A DNA stretch of 16,954 nt from a bacterium. Its GTDB lineage: Bacteria; Sysuimicrobiota; Sysuimicrobiia; Sysuimicrobiales; Kaftiobacteriaceae. Within the stretch, counting starts at the first letter, position 1. Each line of letters starts with the position of its first letter. Under the pieces are notes generated by a model. It was not told where the DNA came from and did no database searches. It was given only the letters and a program-made list of their open reading frames with translations. A program made the position numbers and the translations under genes. The stretch covers positions 1-16,954 of the forward strand of contig JBIOWP010000103.1 of the NCBI GenBank assembly GCA_044868695.1. Direction: 5' to 3'. Below, one piece after another: positions 1 to 7,150 of this stretch.

Positions 1-954
1 CGATTCGATCAGCGTCGGCTTCCCCTGGGCCTTCAGCCACCCCACCCGATAGAGCAGCAGCCGCGCGGTCTCCACCCGGAGTTTCATCTGCACGATGCGG
101 TGAGCCACCGCCTGGAACTTGCCGATCGGCTGCCCGAACTGCTTGCGCTGCCTGGCGTAGGCGACGCACTGCTCCAGTTGGCGCTGCATCGTCCCCACGG
201 CGCACGCGAGGATGAAACTGCGCTCCCAGTCCATCGAAGTCGTGAAAATGGCCATGCCCGCACCTTCCGCGCCGAGGAGGTGGTCTGCGGGCACCTCCGA
301 CTCATGGAAGGCGAGCTCGGCCATCGGCGAAGTCCGCAAGCCCATTTTGTGGATCTCCCCGCCGACGGACAGTCCTGGCGTGTCCCGCTCCACGATGAAC
401 GCGGAAATCCCGGCAAACCCCTTGGCGGGATCGGTGCTGGCAAATACCGCGAAAATGTCCGCCACCGGCGCGTTGGTAATAAACGTCTTGCTGCCGTTGA
501 GGATGTAAGTACTGCCCCGGCGTTCGGCGGTGGTGCGCAGGCTGAAAGCGTCCGAGCCCGAGGCGGGCTCGGTCATCGCCTGGACCCCGATGAGAGAGCC
601 GTCACACAGGCCGCGGAGGTACCGCTGCTGCTGGTCCTCACGGCCGAAACGCCAGAGCGGAAGTTGGCAGCTCCACATCTGGGCGTTGAGCGAGAAGAGG
701 AGACCTTCGTCTTTGCAGCCGTAGCCCAAGGCCTCCAGCGCGATGGCCGTGGTCAGCGGATCAACGCCGCTGCCGCCGTAGGCTTCCGGAAAGCACAACC
801 CCTGGATGCCGAAATGGGCGCACTTCCCCCAGGCGTCCCGCGAGAACTCGCCGCTCGCGTCGCGGCGCACGATGTCGTCATTCAGTTCTCGTTGGGCAAA
901 CCTGATGACGGAGTCCCGGAGTTGGACCTGCTCCGGAGTCAGCGCAAAGTCCAT
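1..954 (-). CDS. Acyl-CoA dehydrogenase family protein, L-prolyl-[PCP] dehydrogenase-like (PltE/RedW/PigA type); 3' end runs off the window
   Basis: Hand translation (not in ORF track): ATG at 954, GGGAG upstream, open to position 1 (318 codons). MDFALTPEQVQLRDSVIRFAQRELN...PEAYGGSG...ALEALGYGCKDEGLLFSLNAQMWSCQLPLWRFG...AMTEPASGSDAFSLRT...LNGSKTFITNAPVAD...KMGLRTSP...SMDWERS...RKQFGQPIGKFQAVAH. ACAD motifs are unambiguous; the subfamily call rests on the recalled LGYGC-D-GL-FS and M-WER motifs. Confidence 0.93.
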   Translation of the reverse strand, partial: MDFALTPEQVQLRDSVIRFAQRELNDDIVRRDASGEFSRDAWGKCAHFGIQGLCFPEAYGGSGVDPLTTAIALEALGYGCKDEGLLFSLNAQMWSCQLPLWRFGREDQQQRYLRGLCDGSLIGVQAMTEPASGSDAFSLRTTAERRGSTYILNGSKTFITNAPVADIFAVFASTDPAKGFAGISAFIVERDTPGLSVGGEIHKMGLRTSPMAELAFHESEVPADHLLGAEGAGMAIFTTSMDWERSFILACAVGTMQRQLEQCVAYARQRKQFGQPIGKFQAVAHRIVQMKLRVETARLLLYRVGWLKAQGKPTLIES

Positions 955-994
955 GGCTCGGCTCCCGCCAGGGGAGCAGGTCGGAGGATTGAAA

Positions 995-2755
995 TTACCG
1001 GCATCCTGCCACCCCTTCGGCGATTGTCACCACTCGATTGGCGGCTACGTTGCGGCAGACAAGAATCCAATGATTCGTCCCAGGCCACCGGATCCAGAGT
1101 TCGTCCACATTGTGCGACGATCCGAGCCCAAAGTGCGGATCCATTTGCGACTGCGACAGATAGCCATCCAGTACATGCACGGCACGGATCTGCTGCTTCG
1201 TTCCCACCTTGATCTTGACCCATGCGCCAACTGCGTCCTGTAGGCGCCTGCCGATCACGTGCACTCGGAGGTAGTTTCCAACTGGTCCATCGTTTCGGAA
1301 CAGCCGGTTTCGTGTCCCGCGGTTTGGCACAAACCAGTCCAGATCGCCGTCGTTGTCGACATCTGCCCAAGCACTGCCCTGCGTAGATCCCATATCCGCT
1401 GCGCCCATTCGAGCGGTCACGTCGACAAACTTCGCTCGACACGTCTCCACGAGCAGGTTTTGGTACAAGAAATTGGGCATCGCTGCGGCCACACCGACCC
1501 CTCCACTGGCGGGCACCATGGCCTCGAATCGATACAGCCACGCCGCAAGAGCGGGAGACATGAACCGGCGGGGGATCGAGACAAGTGCGGTCACGAGGCG
1601 CTTCGCTGGCTTGGATTCCGGCTTCGTCCGAGCACCCGCGTTCCCTGCGACCACGCTGAGATCAAGATCGCCATCGTTGTCGAAGTCGATGAAGTTCGTC
1701 CCCCACTCGACAACGCCGGTCGGGTGCAAGCCGGCGGTTGCGGTCACATCTGCAAAAGTCCCGTCGCAGTTACTCCGGTACAGTCGGCTGGCCAGGTCGC
1801 CGAGAACATCTGCTCCGAACCCGCCCTGGCCGTTGAGGTTCAACCCCGTGATAAACACGTCGAAGCATCCGTCGTTGTCGTAGTCCCCCCACGTTACGCC
1901 CATGGCATTGTTAGGGGGTGCTCCGGGAGTATCATCGGTCGCCGCCGGGAAAGCCAGCTGGGTCGCTTGAGCAAAGTGGTTTCCTTCGTTGCGATAGAGT
2001 TCGATCCCCCAGTAATCAATAGCGAGGAGAAGATCCACATCGCCGTCCGCGTCGTAATCAAACCAGCTGCCCAAGTATGGGAATCGCGGCCCGGCAGGAT
2101 CATCGAGCCCATACCGCGCAGCCACGTTGACAAACACGAAAGGCGAGTCCTGGCGGAAAAAGGCGTTCAGCCGCAATATCCATCTTCCGATGCGGGCCGC
2201 TACAAACCCGTCGTAGTCTCCGTCCCGGTCGAAATCGGCCCAGTCGACCGATGCCGCGCCGACCTCAGGTATTGCTACGTCCGCCTGGGTATCGACGAAA
2301 GTCCCCTCCCCCGTATTTCGATATAGTCTATTCGCCTCCGGCGGAGTGCCGCCGCTGTTGACCGTGACGAACAGGTCGGGATCTCCGTCAGCATCCATGT
2401 CTACAAACGCACATCCAATGGCACGCACCAGATCACTTTGAATACCGGATCTCTCGGCGATGTCTACAAACATCCCCCGCCCATCGTTCCGCCATAGGCG
2501 GCTATGGCCTTCGAGGTTAGCTACGAATAGGTCTTGATCGTGATCGCCGTCGATATCGGCCCAGCAGGCGCCTCGGGAGATCGCGCGAGGCTCGGCCATT
2601 CCTGGAGACGCGATGTCGGTGAACTGCCGTGGCCCCGGCCCGCCTCCCTGGAGCCGGAGTGTTGCCGTCACGAGCAGCAGGACGGCGAGGCTCGCTCCCC
2701 AGTAGACGGCGGCGCGCGAGGCCGCAGCCCGCCGCGGATCAGAAGACTGACTCAT
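995..2755 (-). CDS. CRTAC1-family protein: FG-GAP/VCBS-type Asp-rich repeats plus C-terminal ASPIC/UnbV domain, exported
   Basis: 586 aa; N-terminal hydrophobic segment (YWGASLAVLLLVTATL); about seven DxDxDGDxD repeats (WADIDGDHDQDLFVAN, DMDADGDPDLFV, WADFDRDGDYD, DYDADGDVDLL, WGDYDNDGCFD, DFDNDGDLDL, WADVDNDGDLD); ASPIC/UnbV motifs DAVGAWVKI, GYLSQS..PHFGLG, IRWPG. Confidence 0.92.
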   Translation of the reverse strand: MSQSSDPRRAAASRAAVYWGASLAVLLLVTATLRLQGGGPGPRQFTDIASPGMAEPRAISRGACWADIDGDHDQDLFVANLEGHSRLWRNDGRGMFVDIAERSGIQSDLVRAIGCAFVDMDADGDPDLFVTVNSGGTPPEANRLYRNTGEGTFVDTQADVAIPEVGAASVDWADFDRDGDYDGFVAARIGRWILRLNAFFRQDSPFVFVNVAARYGLDDPAGPRFPYLGSWFDYDADGDVDLLLAIDYWGIELYRNEGNHFAQATQLAFPAATDDTPGAPPNNAMGVTWGDYDNDGCFDVFITGLNLNGQGGFGADVLGDLASRLYRSNCDGTFADVTATAGLHPTGVVEWGTNFIDFDNDGDLDLSVVAGNAGARTKPESKPAKRLVTALVSIPRRFMSPALAAWLYRFEAMVPASGGVGVAAAMPNFLYQNLLVETCRAKFVDVTARMGAADMGSTQGSAWADVDNDGDLDWFVPNRGTRNRLFRNDGPVGNYLRVHVIGRRLQDAVGAWVKIKVGTKQQIRAVHVLDGYLSQSQMDPHFGLGSSHNVDELWIRWPGTNHWILVCRNVAANRVVTIAEGVAGCR

Positions 2756-2858
2756 AGATGTTCCACCTATGCGGAAGAGTCGTGCGGCATACGGTTCACG
2801 CGGCGGGGGAAGATCTCGCGAAACGCGCCGGGCGTGGAGATGATAATCTCAAAATCTG

Positions 2859-2896
2859 CGAAAGCGGGCCGGCCCACACGGGCCCGCCCGCTTTCG
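2859..2896 (-). terminator. Strong GC-rich intergenic hairpin, probable intrinsic terminator inside the minus-strand cluster
   Basis: CGAAAGCGGG (2859-2868) pairs perfectly with CCCGCTTTCG (2887-2896), inner GGCCC/GGGCC stem, 4-nt loop; on the minus strand the GC stem is followed by TTTCGCAGATTTT (interrupted U-tract). Confidence 0.6.
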
Positions 2897-2955
2897 TCGT
2901 GCACACCTGCACTCACGAGCGCCGCCATTGGCCGCCCGCGTCAGACTAATTTCTT

Positions 2956-4152
2956 CTACCGGCACGCCCCCGTGCCAGAGCTGTTGAGGATCAGCACCCC
3001 GGGGAACACGCACATCACCGGGTTGATGCCCGCGTCAGACACGAACTTGCTGTCCTGCACCGTTCCCTCGCCGGCCAGGAGACCCGGTTCAGCCTTCCGG
3101 AAGCGCCAGACGGCGCGGGCGACTGTAAAGTTCCTGACGCTGGACATGAACCATGCGCCCTTCAGGTCTTCGGTGAGGACCAATCCGTGCCAGTCATACG
3201 AGACATCCTCCAGCACCAGCCCATCGTGCCACGCGAGGGGATTGCCGTTGTACTTGCCCAACCCCATGCAGCCGAAGAACTTCACCCGGCGCAGCGTCAC
3301 GCGATACGTCGGTACCTGGTGTGCCCCGAACCCGAAGTTTCTGCAATCGGCAAACAGCGAGTCTTCAACCAGCACGTCGGATACAATGCCAGGAGGTGCC
3401 GCCCAGAGGGGCTCAATGTCGATGGCGCTCCTCGCGGACTGCCGGAAGTCGGAATTCCTGATGGTAATAAACTGGCCGGACACCAACGCGATCGACTGTC
3501 GTCCCGAGATCTTGCCTACGACGCGGTCGATCAGCACGTTCGTCGGTCGGGGTTGGAGGAAGGCCCCGCCCACGTAAATGAAGTCGCCGTGCACGCCTCG
3601 GATGTCCAGTCCCGACAGGGTGATAGCCGCGGTCGCGACTCCGATGTCTACCCCGTGGGCTGTCTCACGGACCGGATCGTAACTCCGGCTCTGCAGCGGA
3701 CCACGCACCGAGAGGTTGACGAGCTCGATATTGGCACTGTTGTCGATCGAGACGTATGGATAGAAGGGGACGTTCCTCGGCCACCCGGTAGGTCTGAGCA
3801 GCTGCGCATAGCGTCGCAGCCCCACGCCGGTCACACCCGGCGGCGCCTGTAGGCGCAAGGTGGATTTCCCACGGATCATCACCGTCGTGTCCACCCGGTA
3901 CATGCCTTCGAAGAGCAATGTCGTGAACGGTCCCGCAGCGGCGATGGCTTCGTTGAGCCGGTCGGTCACGTCGATCGCCGGGTCGGCGGGAATCCCCAGA
4001 TCAGTCGTCAGGCGAAGCGTTGGTCCTGTGGCTGCCGCGATCGCCGCACGCGGGCTCGACGCAACGGCTGGCGGCAGAATGCCAGAATGTGCGACAATCA
4101 GACCGGTCATCAGAACCAGACCTGCGAGGGAGAAAGCAGCCAGCTTGAGCAT
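2956..4152 (-). CDS. Secreted right-handed parallel beta-helix (pectin-lyase fold) protein
   Basis: Start moved to ATG 4152 (AAGGAG upstream); signal-like MLKLAAFSLAGLVLMTGLIVA; beta-helix-type segments DVTDRLNEAIAAA..GMYRV, NIELVNLSVRG, HGVDI, ITLSGLDIRGVHGDFIYVG, NVLIDRV, GRQSIALVSGQFITIRNSDF, AIDIEP, DVLVEDSLF. Confidence 0.82.
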   Translation of the reverse strand: MLKLAAFSLAGLVLMTGLIVAHSGILPPAVASSPRAAIAAATGPTLRLTTDLGIPADPAIDVTDRLNEAIAAAGPFTTLLFEGMYRVDTTVMIRGKSTLRLQAPPGVTGVGLRRYAQLLRPTGWPRNVPFYPYVSIDNSANIELVNLSVRGPLQSRSYDPVRETAHGVDIGVATAAITLSGLDIRGVHGDFIYVGGAFLQPRPTNVLIDRVVGKISGRQSIALVSGQFITIRNSDFRQSARSAIDIEPLWAAPPGIVSDVLVEDSLFADCRNFGFGAHQVPTYRVTLRRVKFFGCMGLGKYNGNPLAWHDGLVLEDVSYDWHGLVLTEDLKGAWFMSSVRNFTVARAVWRFRKAEPGLLAGEGTVQDSKFVSDAGINPVMCVFPGVLILNSSGTGACR

Positions 4153-4218
4153 GATCTCACTCCTTTTGACCACGCGGGCAAACCGCGGGTGCATTCGAAC
4201 CAAGCCCGTGGATTGCAC

Positions 4219-4242
4219 CCCGGGACGGCGCCCGGGACGGCG
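4219..4242. repeat. Perfect 12-bp tandem duplication (CCCGGGACGGCG x2)
   Basis: 4219-4230 and 4231-4242 are identical; intergenic, adjacent to a minus-strand TTGACA (4250-4245). Confidence 0.9.
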
Positions 4243-4372
4243 TTTGTCAAAAGGGACGAGTTCAAACGCTCACTACTGGCTATGCCCTCCCCCAACTTGA
4301 ACTAGGCCGCAATATGGAGCAACTTCGGCGCCGATTATCGAACAGCCGTTTGCTGACACCCGGCACCGCGTG

Positions 4373-4909
4373 TCAGCGCAGCACTTCGCAATCCAGGCAA
4401 TCGATTTCCACGGCTGCAACCGTACGCATGAGCGTTAGCAGGACGCGCACCCGGTCGGCACGCGAGGCTGGTCGTTCCAGAATGCCCTCCAGGCCGGCAA
4501 AGGGACCGTGGGTGATACGGACGCGCATGCCGGAATGCAGTATCGGCTCCCAATGCAGCACGCCGGAGGTGCACCGGGTCTGAAGGATCGCGATGGCATC
4601 CTCCGGAACCGGAATAGGTACTCCACCGGTCCCCACGATCTGCTTCACACCAGGCGTCCATCGCACGGTGTTCCACTCCGCGGGCTCGAGCGCCATGTGG
4701 ACAAACAGATAGGAAGGAAAGAGCGGCTCCACCAACCGAACCTTGCGGCCCCGCCACCGCCGGACGGCCTCCAGGCGAGGCAGGAAGACATCGAGTGCGC
4801 TGCGCCGCTGCAGCCACTGGACGACACGGTCTTCGGACGCCGGCTTCGTCTGAACGGCATACCAGTGCGCCTTCGCAGGTTCCGGCGGCGTGACCGCGGG
4901 GATACTCAC
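4373..4909 (-). CDS. NusG-paralogue transcription antiterminator (RfaH/UpxY/LoaP-like)
   Basis: Likely GTG start at 4909 overlapping the upstream TGA (GTGA), 178 aa. NGN domain WYAVQTKP..EDRV...VFLP...EPLFPSYLFV...VRWTPGVKQIVG..PIPVPE; KOW motif GMRVRITHGPFAGLEGI. Confidence 0.93.
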   Translation of the reverse strand: MSIPAVTPPEPAKAHWYAVQTKPASEDRVVQWLQRRSALDVFLPRLEAVRRWRGRKVRLVEPLFPSYLFVHMALEPAEWNTVRWTPGVKQIVGTGGVPIPVPEDAIAILQTRCTSGVLHWEPILHSGMRVRITHGPFAGLEGILERPASRADRVRVLLTLMRTVAAVEIDCLDCEVLR

Positions 4910-5565
4910 CCGGAGACTGCCTCTTTCATGGCGATGCGGTTCAGAACGATTCCCCGGATTTTCACGTCGACCCGCTCCAGCCGCCGCCGAACTTCCAGCT
5001 CCGCCTGCCGCTGCGCGGCCTCGGCCGGGAGGACCAGGATCACGCCATCGGTGAACCGGCCCACGTGTAGCGCATCGGGATACCGTAGGACGGGCGGCGT
5101 ATCGACAACGGTAAACGCGCACCGCGTGCCCACCTCCGCAAACAGCGCGGCTAACCGCTCGGTCTGCATCATCGCCGACGCTGAACCGCGCACCTCCCCG
5201 GCCGGGAGCAGCCGGAGCGCGGGCACCGGCACTGCCTGCAGAGCGTCCTCCAGGCGTACCGCCCCGGCAAGGATGTCGGCAACACCTGGATGGGACGGGG
5301 TATCAAAGGGCCGGTGGAGGGCCGGATCGCGCAAGTTCGCGTCTACCAGGATCGTGGACCGTCCCGCATGTGCCGCGATCAGGGCCAGATTCAGGGCAGT
5401 CGTGGATGCGCCATCGCCGACCCGCGCGGCCATCACGCAAATCGTGCGCAGCGGCTCCGTCCCATTGTGGAGCACAAGGCTGGCCGCAAGCAGCTCGAAA
5501 GCCTCGACGAAGGGTGACCCTGGCGGGAAATCACTGACCACTGCGAACTTCCCGTTACTGGTCAT
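4906..5565 (-). CDS. CpsD/CapB-family BY-kinase homologue, probable pseudokinase
   Basis: 219 aa; Walker A region AARVGDGAST (Lys replaced), Walker A' LVDANLRDP, Walker B VVDTPP, DGVILV, C-terminal GIVLNR; ATGA-coupled to the upstream co-polymerase. Confidence 0.9.
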   Translation of the reverse strand: MTSNGKFAVVSDFPPGSPFVEAFELLAASLVLHNGTEPLRTICVMAARVGDGASTTALNLALIAAHAGRSTILVDANLRDPALHRPFDTPSHPGVADILAGAVRLEDALQAVPVPALRLLPAGEVRGSASAMMQTERLAALFAEVGTRCAFTVVDTPPVLRYPDALHVGRFTDGVILVLPAEAAQRQAELEVRRRLERVDVKIRGIVLNRIAMKEAVSG

Positions 5566-7130
5566 CTCCCCGTCTCCGTCTGCACAGCAGGACTCACCAA
5601 CGCGCCGATCGCCGAAGCCATGTCGACAGTGAACTCGCGGGTGGACTTGCCCTTCAGCCGCAGCCCAGCTCCCGTCCCCAGCCCCGCGAGCAACACTAGG
5701 AACACCACCAGGACCGGGATAACCGGCAGCGGTTTGCGGGACGCCACGTTGGGGACGCGCGCCAGGACCGGAGCGCCCAGCGTGCGCTCGGCGTCTTGCG
5801 GGGACCGGATGCGGTCTTCAGATGTCTCCAGCAGCACCGCAGCGATAATCCCCAGCAGCAACCCTAGGAGGACGGCGATGCCCAGGCGGACCAGGAGCTT
5901 CCCGCTCTCCGGCGCTTCGGGGACGGCCGCCGGCTCCATCACGTGCACCCCGGCCGGGACGTACCCGGCCTCGTTCTCCCGCAGCAGCGCCTCCAGATAC
6001 CGCTCGGAAAGCAGAGAATAGTTCTCCTGGTAGATGCTGCGCTCGCGAAGCAACGCGGTGAACTCCCGTTCCACCCCTGGCAGTGCGGCCACCGCAGCCT
6101 GCCGGCGGCGTTCCGAAAATGCCAGGGCATTCAGTCGGGCCACCGCCGCGGTTCGATCAATCTCCAGATCTGCGATCTCCTGCACCAGCTGGTCGTGGAC
6201 CGGGTTCACCTGCTCCTGCTCTTTCCCAAGAATCTTGCGGGTCTCGGAGGCGAGCCGCCGGCGGATCGCGATGATTTGCTCGCGCAGCAGCTGGATCTTC
6301 GGGTGATCGGGCGTGTACTTCTGAGAGAGCTCCCCGCGCTGGATCTCCAGTTCGGTAAGCGCGGTCTGCAATTGCGCGAAGACCGGGTTGGTCTCGATGT
6401 CCTGGATGGTGATCCGGGTGAACTTTTCCCGTGCCAGCCGCGCCATTGCCGCGGCCAGTTTCGCCTCATCTTCCTTGAGACGCAGGAGAGTCGTCTCCGC
6501 ATCCTGCTGCGTGGAGACCAGGTCCTGCGTGGTATTCGCGATGGCCTGGCTGAGGTCCGCGATGCCGGCCTTGGCCTTGTAGCTCTCGATCTGGCGGTCC
6601 AGCTCGTCTAGACGGGCCCTGGTCGAAGCCAGCTGCTGCTCGATGAAGAGCCGCACGTCCCGCGCATCGCGCCGGTTGGCCTCACGGAAGAAGTCGATGA
6701 ACTGGGTAGCCGCCTCATTGGCCAGTGTCGGCGCCAGGAGGCGGTCGGTCGAGGAGGCCCGGATCGAGATCAGATTGGTCCCGGACACTTTTGAGGCCTG
6801 CAGGCTCTTCCGCACCTGCTCTGGAGCGCCTAGGCTGAGTTTGGTCGCGACGCGTTCGGCAATGGGCCGGCTGGTGATGAGCTGTACGATGCTGTTCGTA
6901 ACAGTCGTCTCTGCTTTGGCGCCCGCGCTGTTGTTCTGGTTCTCGGTCGCGGTCGTCGTCGGGACGGTCAACAGCGACTGCGTGGTGATCATCAGTGTGG
7001 TCGTGCCGACGTACTTCGGGGGCTGCGTGGCCATCCGCCCATAGACGAAACCCACCACGAGCCCGGCGAGGAGCAAGACGAGCCGCAGCCGCTTGAGCAC
7101 GGCCCGGTAGTAATACGCGACCTCGCTCAT
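5562..7130 (-). CDS. Polysaccharide co-polymerase (Wzc N-terminal/GumC/CapA-like) without fused kinase
   Basis: Start moved to ATG 7130 (GGGAG upstream), 522 aa; TM1 LVLLLAGLVVGFVYG, PPKYVGTTTL, long coiled coil with KYTPDHPKI, VMEPAAVPEAP, TM2 LGIAVLLGLLLGIIAAVLLE, then DRIRSPQDAERTLGAPVLARVP. Confidence 0.92.
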   Translation of the reverse strand: MSEVAYYYRAVLKRLRLVLLLAGLVVGFVYGRMATQPPKYVGTTTLMITTQSLLTVPTTTATENQNNSAGAKAETTVTNSIVQLITSRPIAERVATKLSLGAPEQVRKSLQASKVSGTNLISIRASSTDRLLAPTLANEAATQFIDFFREANRRDARDVRLFIEQQLASTRARLDELDRQIESYKAKAGIADLSQAIANTTQDLVSTQQDAETTLLRLKEDEAKLAAAMARLAREKFTRITIQDIETNPVFAQLQTALTELEIQRGELSQKYTPDHPKIQLLREQIIAIRRRLASETRKILGKEQEQVNPVHDQLVQEIADLEIDRTAAVARLNALAFSERRRQAAVAALPGVEREFTALLRERSIYQENYSLLSERYLEALLRENEAGYVPAGVHVMEPAAVPEAPESGKLLVRLGIAVLLGLLLGIIAAVLLETSEDRIRSPQDAERTLGAPVLARVPNVASRKPLPVIPVLVVFLVLLAGLGTGAGLRLKGKSTREFTVDMASAIGALVSPAVQTETGR

Positions 7131-7150
7131 GGTTATCCGGATCTCCCGTC

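Noticed and set aside
100..1212. 370-aa plus-strand ORF
   Set aside because: Antisense shadow of the minus-strand ACAD, which has clear family motifs; no motifs of its own.
4269..4280. ops-like GCCAGTAGTGAG on the minus strand (also GGCGGAGCCATG near 8102-8113 and CAAGGTAGGCGC near 8214-8225)
   Set aside because: Each deviates from GGCGGTAGnnTG at several positions; no JUMPstart context; not distinguishable from chance.
1259..5632. Long plus-strand ORFs 1259-2326, 2534-3577 and 4508-5632
   Set aside because: Shadows of well-supported minus-strand genes, expected at this GC content.
7107..7115. YYY at the co-polymerase N-terminus as a relocated tyrosine cluster
   Set aside because: Falls in the usual aromatic-rich helix before TM1 of Wzz/Wzc proteins, and the partner kinase appears inactive.
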